Below are positions 20,637-29,428 of a stretch of 64,000 nucleotides of DNA, one piece after another. The stretch's first letter is position 1, and every line of letters begins with the position of its first letter. The position numbers and the translations under genes are program-made. Below the pieces are notes generated by a model that did not search any database, was not told where the DNA came from, and worked only from the letters and a program-made list of their open reading frames with translations. The stretch is from Hyalangium minutum (GTDB lineage Bacteria; Myxococcota; Myxococcia; Myxococcales; Myxococcaceae). The stretch is taken from the NCBI RefSeq assembly GCF_000737315.1, contig NZ_JMCB01000005.1:186001-250000 (forward strand). The letters run 5' to 3'.

Positions 20637-22193
20637 TCACGGCTGCAAGTCGGTGCCCTGCTCCGTGCCGACCAGCAGCCGCCACACGTCCAGCCGCTCC
20701 GGGCCGGAGAGCGGGAGGGCCTCTCCGATGAACACGTGGTGGTAGTCCGCGAAGGCGCCGCGGAACTTCTCCTGGATGCCATCCATGGACAGGGCGCCGT
20801 TGCGGCCGTAGTGGTTCTCTCGCATGACGAGCCCCGGGCGGTACGACTCGCGCCCGAGCCGCAGGAGCACCGGCTGCAGGATGCTGGGCTTCACGCGGTT
20901 GTGGCGGACCGTCAGCCCATTCACCACGATGCCATCGGCCGCCAGCATCAGCCCGTAGCTGGCCGTGCGCTCCACCACGTTGTCGACCACCTGTACGTTC
21001 TGGCCGCCCGCCACGCGGATGCCCTGGCCGTTGTGCAGCGGGAAGTTGCGAATGTCCTGGATGGTGTTGCCCTCCAGCCGGATGTTCCGCGGGGCCGCCT
21101 CCTGGCTCAGCACCGAGATGCCTCGGCCCGCCCGGGAGATGTCATTGCCCTGGATGAGCACGTCCCGAGCGCCCCGCGAGATGAGCACCGCCTCGCCGGC
21201 CGACGAGCCCACGGCGCGGATGCTCACGTTGGGGAAGCCGTACATCTGGTTATCGCGCACGGTGACGCCGTAGCACTGCTTGATGTCCACCCCGTTCTCG
21301 CCGTTGTCGTGCAGCTCGTTGCCCTGGACGAGCAGGGTCTCCGCCGGAGCCGAGCCCGCCTGGCACTGCACCGAGTCCCCCGAGTTGTGGTGGATGTTGT
21401 TGTTCTGGATGGTGATGTTGCGCGACGGGCCCACCACGACGATGCCGTGCGAGTCATCCGCCGGCTTGATGAAGTGGTGGATGAGGTTGTCCTCGATGGT
21501 CACGTTCCGGGCGCCCTGGACGATGATGCCCGCTCCGGCTCGACCATCGCGCAGCTCGCTGTGGGCCAGGCGCGAGCCGTCCGCGCCCACGTGGAAGACG
21601 ATGGCGGCCATGGGCGCCTCGTCCACGTCCAGGTGCAGGTTCTCCAGGTTCCAGTTCCCGCGCACGAAGATGAGCGAGCCTGGGGCCCGGTTGGCGGGCT
21701 TGAGGGTGGGTCGTGCCGTGCCCTCGCCGCGAATGGTGACGGGAGCGGCGCCCGAGCCCCGGGACTCCAGGACCAGCGTCTCCGAGTACGTCCCCGCCAT
21801 GACGCGAATGACATCGCCCGCCCGCGCGAGCGAGGTCGCCCGTGCGATGGTGCGCAGCGGCAGCGCCTGCGTGCCCAAGCCCACGTCCGAGCCCTTCATG
21901 CTCACGTACCAGCTGCGCGAGGTATTCTGCGAACCCCCTGAGCCGCCGTTCGCCGGAGGAGCTTCATCGGACGGGGCCTGCGGAGACTGGCTCTGCGGCG
22001 GCGGCGGGCTCTCCTGAGCGGGGGGGCTCGTGGGAGACTGCACCCCGGAGCCGGCCTGCGCCCCCAGGTCCGACGGATCCTGGGTGAACCGTTGCTCCAT
22101 CAACAGCGAAGGCTCACAGGCACTGAGGAGCAACCCCGTGAGTACGCCGCATGCCCCCTGGAAGGTGCGTCCGCTGCTTTCCCTACGTTTCAT
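20637..22193 (-). CDS. Right-handed parallel beta-helix lipoprotein (pectin lyase-like fold)
   Basis: Lipobox LSAC, Pro/Gln/Ser linker, WYVSMKGSD..GTQALPLRTI motif, repeated I.NN.IH rungs. Confidence 0.8.
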   Translation of the reverse strand: MKRRESSGRTFQGACGVLTGLLLSACEPSLLMEQRFTQDPSDLGAQAGSGVQSPTSPPAQESPPPPQSQSPQAPSDEAPPANGGSGGSQNTSRSWYVSMKGSDVGLGTQALPLRTIARATSLARAGDVIRVMAGTYSETLVLESRGSGAAPVTIRGEGTARPTLKPANRAPGSLIFVRGNWNLENLHLDVDEAPMAAIVFHVGADGSRLAHSELRDGRAGAGIIVQGARNVTIEDNLIHHFIKPADDSHGIVVVGPSRNITIQNNNIHHNSGDSVQCQAGSAPAETLLVQGNELHDNGENGVDIKQCYGVTVRDNQMYGFPNVSIRAVGSSAGEAVLISRGARDVLIQGNDISRAGRGISVLSQEAAPRNIRLEGNTIQDIRNFPLHNGQGIRVAGGQNVQVVDNVVERTASYGLMLAADGIVVNGLTVRHNRVKPSILQPVLLRLGRESYRPGLVMRENHYGRNGALSMDGIQEKFRGAFADYHHVFIGEALPLSGPERLDVWRLLVGTEQGTDLQP

Positions 22194-22287
22194 GCTTGTC
22201 CCCTCGCCCCCCAGCCCTATTGAGGCGGGCCGAAAATCGACACGACCCGCTTGGTCAACAAGGGGACTGCCCTGGGGAGAAGTGGGA

Positions 22288-23145
22288 TCAGGTGCCCGCG
22301 CACTGTCTGCGGCGGGACAGCCAGAGCGCCACGGCCACCCACGCGGCGGGGGCAAGCAAGGGAGCAGCCGAGCACCCCTTGGATTCATCACCTGGGCCGG
22401 AGCACTCGGGCACATTGGTCACCTGGACCTGGAGGGTCTCGGTGGCAGGGCCCAGGTTTCCGGCGGCGTCACGGGCTCTGAGGCGGACGTTGAAGCGCCC
22501 CGTGCCGTGGGAGGGCAGGGCCGCGACACAGATGCCACCGGGAGCGAGGGAGACCTGGAGCTTGCCGTTGGTGAGGATGGCGCTCGGTGCTCCCATCATG
22601 GTGGGCTTGCTGTTCAGGTCCGGCTCGGTATCCGCCGAGCTGATCCAGATGTCGTAGCCGAGCTCGCCGCGCGGCGTGCGGTCATCCGTGGGCGAGGGGA
22701 ACTCGATGGAGACGTCTCCGATGGAATCCTTGCCGGTGCGCGCCACCATCACGGTGGGCTCGGAGATGGCGGAGGGCGGCGTGGTGTCGGGTCCACCCGC
22801 GACAGACACCGTATACGACTCGGAATCTGTAGCGAGCGTGTAGCTCCCTTCGGGCAGCGGGGCCGAGGGCGTGACCAGAACGCCTCCTCTCTCGTCGGCG
22901 TCCGCAGTGATGGTGCTGGGGATCTCCTGGCCCATGGAGCCGCGCAGCGCGACCTGGGTGGCGTCGATCCGATAGCCCTGGCTTGCGTGCGCGACGATGG
23001 CCGGGTTGGAGGGGAGAGGTGGGGCTTGGTACTTCGGGTAGATGCGCACGATGGGGAGAGGGGACTCGGCGGACGCGGCTTGTGCGGCCAGCAGCACGGC
23101 GAGGCACGGCAGGCGAAGGGCAGGGGCGAGCTTTCTTAGGAGCAT
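22288..23145 (-). CDS. Secreted protein with MYXO-CTERM-like sorting tail
   Basis: Signal ending AQAASA; DTTPP and RARDAAGN (Ig/FN3-like); C-terminal GCSAAP + hydrophobic segment + RRR. Confidence 0.7.
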   Translation of the reverse strand: MLLRKLAPALRLPCLAVLLAAQAASAESPLPIVRIYPKYQAPPLPSNPAIVAHASQGYRIDATQVALRGSMGQEIPSTITADADERGGVLVTPSAPLPEGSYTLATDSESYTVSVAGGPDTTPPSAISEPTVMVARTGKDSIGDVSIEFPSPTDDRTPRGELGYDIWISSADTEPDLNSKPTMMGAPSAILTNGKLQVSLAPGGICVAALPSHGTGRFNVRLRARDAAGNLGPATETLQVQVTNVPECSGPGDESKGCSAAPLLAPAAWVAVALWLSRRRQCAGT

Positions 23146-23289
23146 GCCCAACGCGGTAGCAGGGGCTGTGCCACCTTCACGGCTCGCGGGCTGGCAGAGG
23201 CGCTCATGTGGATGCGCGCTGGGGAGCGCCCCTGCCACCTGTGTCGGAGGCTCGCGGATTTCTGAGTCAGCGAGTCCTCCAGAGCAGCC

Positions 23290-25068
23290 TCACTCCTCCT
23301 CGGGCGGGGCCTCCATGTAGTCCGGCGCGTGGATGCCCAGCAGTGCGAACGCGCTCTTCAGCGTCTGCTTCAGCGCCGCCACCAGCGCCAGACGGCCCTG
23401 CGTCTTCTCCACATCCGTGCTGATGATCGGGTCCGACTTGTAGCGCGTGTAGTAGCTGTGGAAGTCGGTGATGAGCTCCTGGCAGAAGTACAGCACGTGG
23501 TGCGGCTCCAGCCGCTCCGCCGCGCTCGCCACCACGTCCGGCAGCTGGCTCATCTTCTTCAGCATCGCCAGCTCCTCAGGCAGCGTCAGCCGCGCCAGCT
23601 GCGCCTCCGTCACCTGAGCCACCCCGACGAACGGCTGACCCTTCTCCGCCGCCTTCTTCAGGATGCTCGCGCACCGCGCGTGGCCGTACTGGAAGTAGAA
23701 GACCGGGTTCTCCTTCGATTGCTCCTTCACCTTGTCCAGGTCGAAGTCGAAGCGCGAGTTCGCCGTCTTCATGAGGAACAGGAACCGGCACACGTCCGGC
23801 CCCGCCTCGTCGATGAGGTCCTCCAGCTCGAACACCGTGCCCTTGCGCTTGCTGACCTTCACCTCCTCGCCGCCCCGGGTGATGCGGACGATCTGCACCA
23901 GCAGGAACTCGAGCTTCTTCGGATCCAGCCCCAGCAGCGTGACACCCGCCTTGATGCGCGGCGTGTGGCCCGCATGGTCCGCGCCGAGCACGTCGATGAT
24001 CCGGTCGAAGCCGCGCTCGTACTTCTCCTTGTGGTACGCGAGGTCCGCCGTCAGGTACACCGGCGTGCCGTCGTGCCGCAGGATGACCCGGTCCTCGTCA
24101 TCCCCGTGCTGGCTCGTCTGCAGGAACAGGCCGCCCTTCTGCCGATCCGCGTAGTGGGCCGCCTTGCTCTCCTCGTTCCGGACCTTCTCGGTGTCGCGCC
24201 GGGCCTCGGTCGCCTCGTACGTCACCCCGCGCTGCTTGTACTCCTCAGCGACGGCCTTCACCTTGCCCGCCGCGTGCAGCGAGGCCTCGCTGAAGAACAC
24301 GTCGTGCCGGATGTTCGCTTTCTCCAGGCTCACCTTGATGTTCTTCAGGTTCTCCCGCACCGCCACCGCGATGGCCGGTGCCAGCCACTCGGACTCCGAC
24401 GCCTTCAGGTACTTGTCCCCCACCTCGTCCCGCCACGTCTTCGCGATGTCGATGACGTACTCGGCCGGGTACTCGCCCTCGACCAGCTGCACCTGCTCGC
24501 CAAAGAGCTGCCGGTAGCGCTTGTGCACCGTCCGCCCCAGCGTCTCCACCTGCTTGCCGTAGTCATTGATGTAGAACTCGCGCGTCACGTCGTGCCCGGC
24601 CGCGTCCAGCAGCCGCGACACCGCGTCGCCCATGAAGGCTCCGCGCGCATGGCCGATGTGCACCGGCCCCGTCGGGTTCGCCGAGACGAACTCCACCATC
24701 ACCCGCTTGCCCGTCGACTTGGCCACCCGGCGCCCGAACGTGTCCCCGGCTTGCAGCACCTCGCGCGCCACGTCCTGGATGACCTTCTGCTTCAGCGTGA
24801 AGTTCAGGAAGCCCGGGCCCGCCACCTCCACCTTCTCGACGATGCCCTCCTGGTCCACCAGCCCCTTCACGAGGGCGTTGGCGATGTCGCGGGGCGGCTT
24901 GCCCTCTGGCTTGTTGAGCAACAGGGCCACGTTCACCGCCCAGTCGCCGTGGGCCGGGTTCTTGGGCGGCTCCACCGTGTAGTGGGGCGCCTGCTCCAGC
25001 TTGAGCGTGCCGGCCGCCTTCAGCGCCGCGAGCGTTGCATCGATGAGTGCGAAGACCTTCTGCCGCAT
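23290..25068 (-). CDS. argS: Arginine--tRNA ligase
   Basis: VEFVSANPTGPVHIGHARG, YLTADLAYH, VSKRKG, YFQYGHAR. Confidence 0.97.
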   Translation of the reverse strand: MRQKVFALIDATLAALKAAGTLKLEQAPHYTVEPPKNPAHGDWAVNVALLLNKPEGKPPRDIANALVKGLVDQEGIVEKVEVAGPGFLNFTLKQKVIQDVAREVLQAGDTFGRRVAKSTGKRVMVEFVSANPTGPVHIGHARGAFMGDAVSRLLDAAGHDVTREFYINDYGKQVETLGRTVHKRYRQLFGEQVQLVEGEYPAEYVIDIAKTWRDEVGDKYLKASESEWLAPAIAVAVRENLKNIKVSLEKANIRHDVFFSEASLHAAGKVKAVAEEYKQRGVTYEATEARRDTEKVRNEESKAAHYADRQKGGLFLQTSQHGDDEDRVILRHDGTPVYLTADLAYHKEKYERGFDRIIDVLGADHAGHTPRIKAGVTLLGLDPKKLEFLLVQIVRITRGGEEVKVSKRKGTVFELEDLIDEAGPDVCRFLFLMKTANSRFDFDLDKVKEQSKENPVFYFQYGHARCASILKKAAEKGQPFVGVAQVTEAQLARLTLPEELAMLKKMSQLPDVVASAAERLEPHHVLYFCQELITDFHSYYTRYKSDPIISTDVEKTQGRLALVAALKQTLKSAFALLGIHAPDYMEAPPEEE

Positions 25069-25216
25069 GGGGATTTCTTCTCCGAGAACAAGCCTAAAGA
25101 CGGTGCAATGTAGGCAGTTTTGACACGGGGTTCACGGCTTCCGTGAAGCTTCTGGCGCCTGCCGTACTCCAGGTACCTTGACGGAGGCATTCGCCCTCCT
25201 CATTCTGCCGCGCCTC

Positions 25217-25858
25217 ATGCCCGTCCTGCGTGGAGCTGTCACCTTCTCCCGCTTCCTCGTCGAGCCCGACAAGGAAGCCCCCGCGGACCTCAAGCGCTCG
25301 CTCTCCCGCGCGCTCAAGGCCCGTGCCTTCGCCCCCATTGATCGCCGCGCCGAGGAAGAGCGCGCCACCGGCTTCGTGGAGCTCGAGAACTCCGACGGTA
25401 CCGAGTTCGCCGCTGGCAGCATCTTCTATGGTGAGTACGCCCTGTTCGCCTGGCGCGTCGACACCATCAAGATCCCCGGCCCCGTCCTCAAGGCCGAGGT
25501 GGAGAAGTGGGCCGCCGCCTTCGAGAAGGAGAAGGGCCGTCCCCCCAGCCGCGGCGAGAAGAACGAGAACAAGTCCTCCGTGCGCCAGCTGCTCCGCAAC
25601 CGCGCCGTGCCCCTCACCAAGGTGCACGACATCAGCTGGAACCTGAAGACCCAGCAGCTGCAGATCTGGGCCGCCTCGCGCAAGGCCGTGGAGGAGGCGA
25701 TGGCCGGTGTGGAGACCGCCTTCAAGGTGAAGCTCATCCCGCTCGTGCCGGCCGCCGTGGCGCAGCGCACGGGCATCGACGATTCGGCCTTGGGGCCCAC
25801 CGCCGAGCTGATCGGCATGGAGCTGAAGGCGGAGGAGGTGAGCCATGGGGAAGCGTGA
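25217..25858 (+). CDS. RdgC-like protein, N-terminal half
   Basis: GAVTFSRF, AFAPID, GFVELE, WRVDTIKIP, VHDISWN resemble the N-terminal part of RdgC. Confidence 0.65.
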   Translation: MPVLRGAVTFSRFLVEPDKEAPADLKRSLSRALKARAFAPIDRRAEEERATGFVELENSDGTEFAAGSIFYGEYALFAWRVDTIKIPGPVLKAEVEKWAAAFEKEKGRPPSRGEKNENKSSVRQLLRNRAVPLTKVHDISWNLKTQQLQIWAASRKAVEEAMAGVETAFKVKLIPLVPAAVAQRTGIDDSALGPTAELIGMELKAEEVSHGEA

Positions 25859-26519
25859 GCAGGCCCGGGAGGAGGCCGCCTTCATGCGCGGCGATGTCGG
25901 CGTCGACGGAGGCGCCACCGAGGAGAAGAAGGACACCGCCGAGGTGGAGCGCGACAAGGCCCGCGAGGCGCTTCTGCGCGGCAAGGCGTACCTGGGCCGC
26001 GAGTTCCTCACCTGGCTGCTGTGGCGCTCGGAGTCCGGCGACCCCATCACCGAGTTTGAGAAGTTGGGACTCACCGTCCTCTTCACCGGCCGCGTGGTGC
26101 TCAAAGGCGTCAGTGGCGATGTGACGGAGCTGTCCGCCCGTGGCGCCATGGCCCCGTACTCGGAGCAGGTGCGGCATTCGCTGGACCGGGGACTGCTCGT
26201 CCACCAGGCCCGGATGCTCCTCACCCACGGCGAGAAGGCCTATGAGGTGACGCTGGATGCCGAGTTCCTCGACGTCCGCGCCGCCAAGCTCCCGGAGCTG
26301 ATGAGCGAGGAGGATGACTCGCGCACCTCCGAGCGCCTCTTCCTGGCCGAGCAGCTCTCCGCGCTGATCCACGCCCTGGTCGAGGCCTTCATCGCCGTGC
26401 GCGCGGGCAAGGCCTGGAGCAAGCAGATCGTCCCCGCCATGAAGGAGTGGATGCGCGGCGAGGAGGGCACCCGGAAGCAGACCACCCTCCAGCGCGCCGC
26501 CAACGTCCGGAAGCGGTAG
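25845..26519 (+). CDS. RdgC-like protein, C-terminal half
   Basis: YLGREFLTWLLWRSE motif; GGAGGAGG RBS before ATG; 14-bp overlap with upstream gene. Confidence 0.6.
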   Translation: MGKREQAREEAAFMRGDVGVDGGATEEKKDTAEVERDKAREALLRGKAYLGREFLTWLLWRSESGDPITEFEKLGLTVLFTGRVVLKGVSGDVTELSARGAMAPYSEQVRHSLDRGLLVHQARMLLTHGEKAYEVTLDAEFLDVRAAKLPELMSEEDDSRTSERLFLAEQLSALIHALVEAFIAVRAGKAWSKQIVPAMKEWMRGEEGTRKQTTLQRAANVRKR

Positions 26520-26735
26520 CTCTTCTCGCCCCACGGGGCTGAATCGTGGCGGGCGGGTGATCACCGCTGATCATCCACCCTGCCCCAGCCACCTGGGAAA
26601 AGCCGTAAGTCCTGGAGTCTCTTTTCAGGGCGCCCCCGTAAGAATGACAGCCGCCGCGCCCCGGTTTCGCGGGCGCACTCGCTGCTTCGCGGGGTTCGAA
26701 CGTCCGCCAGCCCACGCCTGGGCTCTGCACGAAGG

Positions 26736-28601
26736 TTGCAACACTCCCCGGTGCAGAAGTCCCGAGGGGCCCACGTGGGGGTGGCGTCGATGGGGTGCGT
26801 TCGAGCCCGAGAAGAGGTGGAGTCCATGGTTGGCCAGCGTCACGGTCCCCTCATTCTGGAGCGCATGCTGGGTGTCGGCGCCATCGGCTCCGTGTACCTC
26901 GCCATGCATCCGGCGACCGGTAAGCGGTTCGCCCTGAGGCTCCTCCATCCGCATCTGGCGGCCAATCCCGTGGTGCGCTCGCGCTTTCTCGTCGAGGCCC
27001 AGGCCGCCAGCCGCGTCATCCACCGCAACGTCGCGCGCGTGCTGGATGTGCGCGTGGGGCCCGCGGACCTGCCCACGCTCCTCATGGAGTACGTGGAGGG
27101 AGAGCGCCTGTCCTTCATGCCCGTGCCGTTCTCGCCCACCGAAGTGATGAGCCTGCTCATCCAGGTGCTCGAGGGGCTCGAGGCCGCGCACGCCCGCGGC
27201 GTGGTGCACTGCGATCTCAAGCCGGACAACCTCATCCTCACGCGCGACACGCACGGCGAGCGGCAGGTGCAGGTGCTCGACTTCGGCATGGCCAGTGTCC
27301 TGGCCTCGTGCTTCTCGCAGGAGGAGATTGCCTCGGGCGTCGTCCTGGGCTCGCCCGCGTACATGGCGCCCGAGCAGTGGGTGACCACCGCCGCGGACAC
27401 CCGGATGGATGTGTATGCGCTGGGCGTCATCGGCTACCGGTTGCTCACCGGGCGCCTGCCCTTCGGCCGTGGCCGCCTGGGCGAGGTGCGCCTCCAGGAG
27501 CAGGAGGCCCGGCCGCCCGCGCCGCACACCCTGGACTCGCGCATCTCCAAGGTGCTCTCGCTGGTCATCATGCAGGCGATTGCCTGGCGCCCGGAGGACC
27601 GCTTCCCGAGCTCCCGTGACTTCCAGCTCGCGCTCATCCAGGCCCAGCGCCACATTCCCAAGCCGACGCTCACGCTGCAGCCCGTCGCGCCGCGCACCCA
27701 GGAGCCCGCGGGCCTGCAGGTGCGCGTGGCGGGCCTCGGGAGCTCCGAGCCCCGCGCCGTGCAGGCCAGCGACGTCACCAGCGAGGGCCTCTTCATCGCC
27801 TACGAGGGGGCGCCGCCTCCGCTCGCGGCGCGGCTGGCCCTGGAGCTGTCCTTCCACGGGAAGACGCTGCCGGCTGCCGGGGACGTGGTGCGCCATGTGT
27901 CCCAGGACGAGGCCCGCGCCTGGAGCGTCTCCGCGGGCTTCTTCCTCCACTTCGTCGAGCCCTCACCGGAGCTGAGCGCCCTGGTGGCCCAGGTGCGCGC
28001 CAACAACGGCGAGCCGCCCCCGGATCCCGAGCTGGCTCAGCTGCTCTCGCGCACCGCGGCGCTCGGCAAGGATCCCTACATCTTCCTGGGGCTGCCGGAC
28101 TCGGCCAGCTTCGATGAGGTGCGTCAGCGCGCGGAGACGGCGCTGCGCCGCGTGGAAGTCTTCTGGAGCCGTCCGCTTCCGGCGAACCAGCGGCGGGATC
28201 TGGAGATGCTGCGCGCCCGGGTGGATGCGGCCCGGCGCACGCTGGGAGATCCGCTCACGCGCGCCAGCTACGACGCCACCAAGGGCAACGCGCACGGCAT
28301 CGCCCGCTGCATCCTCGCAGGGCTCTCGGACGAGGCGGTGGGACCCATCCGCCGGGCGTTCCTCGACGCGCGGCCGGGCTCCGAGGCTCGCGCGCGCTCG
28401 CTCTTCATCCAGGCCCGGAGCCTGGAGGCGCAGCACGCCCTGCAGCAGGCGGTGGATTGCTACGGCCAGGCGCTGGCGCTGGATCCGTTGCACCTGGCCG
28501 CCCAGCGCCACTACTGGGCGCTGCGCCGGCATCTGCGCCCCATGACCATCTCGGTCCCTACAATCAACCCCGGGAGGAGCCCCGAGGCGGTGCCGCGCTA
28601 G
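26736..28601 (+). CDS. Pkn1-like Ser/Thr kinase or pseudokinase with PilZ-like, J-like and TPR-like C-terminal regions
   Basis: GVGAIG, FALR (K>R), [20 protein letters not shown]; start uncertain (26736, 26778 or 26826). Confidence 0.85.
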   Translation: MQHSPVQKSRGAHVGVASMGCVRAREEVESMVGQRHGPLILERMLGVGAIGSVYLAMHPATGKRFALRLLHPHLAANPVVRSRFLVEAQAASRVIHRNVARVLDVRVGPADLPTLLMEYVEGERLSFMPVPFSPTEVMSLLIQVLEGLEAAHARGVVHCDLKPDNLILTRDTHGERQVQVLDFGMASVLASCFSQEEIASGVVLGSPAYMAPEQWVTTAADTRMDVYALGVIGYRLLTGRLPFGRGRLGEVRLQEQEARPPAPHTLDSRISKVLSLVIMQAIAWRPEDRFPSSRDFQLALIQAQRHIPKPTLTLQPVAPRTQEPAGLQVRVAGLGSSEPRAVQASDVTSEGLFIAYEGAPPPLAARLALELSFHGKTLPAAGDVVRHVSQDEARAWSVSAGFFLHFVEPSPELSALVAQVRANNGEPPPDPELAQLLSRTAALGKDPYIFLGLPDSASFDEVRQRAETALRRVEVFWSRPLPANQRRDLEMLRARVDAARRTLGDPLTRASYDATKGNAHGIARCILAGLSDEAVGPIRRAFLDARPGSEARARSLFIQARSLEAQHALQQAVDCYGQALALDPLHLAAQRHYWALRRHLRPMTISVPTINPGRSPEAVPR

Positions 28602-29233
28602 CCCCACGTCACCTCGTACTCGCTGTCCAGAGGTCCAATCGAGCGGGAGCGCACCTGCGGGTGCTTTCCCGTGCTGACCTCCATCACCGCGAGGATGACG
28701 CCCTCGGTGTGGGGCAGGGGGAGGAAGTCGCGCTTGAAGGTGAGCAGGGCGCTCTTGTCCCCGGTCACCGTCATCTTCCGCTCGCCGAAGTTCACCGAGG
28801 CGCGGTAGGCGGCGGGGATGTTGCCCAGCAGCCGGTGAGGAGCACCTCCTGACAGCGAGACCAGCGTCTTGCCCGCCATGGAGTGCACGAAGTCCTGCAC
28901 CGTGGCCATGCCCAGCCGGCGCGAGCACTTCTCCACGTTGTTGCCGAGCAGGGGCGCCAGCACGAGGGTCGCCGCATGGGCCAGCCGGAGGAAGTCCGTG
29001 GCCGGGTAGGTGGCGAAGCTGATGAAGCCCCGCTGGAAGCGTTTGTCCATCAACAGCTGCTGGCAGTGCTTCAGGCCTGACTCGCCGGCCTCCCTCTTCA
29101 CGAGGTTGAAGAGGCTGGTGAAGAACAACCCCCGGAAGTTGTCCTCGGGAGAGGGCAAGGAGAGGTAGCGCGTGTAGAGGGACTCCCCTCCTTCAGAGGA
29201 GGGAGGTTTCACCGAAACGGGGGGCGTGTTCAT
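28598..29233 (-). CDS. DUF2378 (TIGR02265) Myxococcales-family protein
   Basis: RGLFFTSLF, FATYPATDFL, RLLGNIPAAYRASVNFGER, EYEVTW. Confidence 0.85.
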   Translation of the reverse strand: MNTPPVSVKPPSSEGGESLYTRYLSLPSPEDNFRGLFFTSLFNLVKREAGESGLKHCQQLLMDKRFQRGFISFATYPATDFLRLAHAATLVLAPLLGNNVEKCSRRLGMATVQDFVHSMAGKTLVSLSGGAPHRLLGNIPAAYRASVNFGERKMTVTGDKSALLTFKRDFLPLPHTEGVILAVMEVSTGKHPQVRSRSIGPLDSEYEVTWG

Positions 29234-29428
29234 GTGAGGGCGGGGAAGCTCGGGGCTTCAGTATAGCTTCCAACCTGCTGGGTTGGATAGTGGACTCGAG
29301 ATACACCCTGAGGGCCCCGTGTTCCAGGGGCAGGTAAAGTGTTTCCCTGTGCGGTGCTGTCGGCTTCCTCGAAACCATGCGAAGCCCGCGCCAACACGGT
29401 GGCTCAGTGTTTGCTCTGGGCCCTCGGT

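Noticed and set aside
26725-26740. Sigma54 promoter CTGCACG-N4-TTGCA before the Pkn1-like gene
   Set aside because: The near-invariant -24 GG is TG
29269-29287. 7-bp inverted repeat tccaacc/ggttgga between DUF2378 and cotH
   Set aside because: Short enough to arise by chance; no supporting feature
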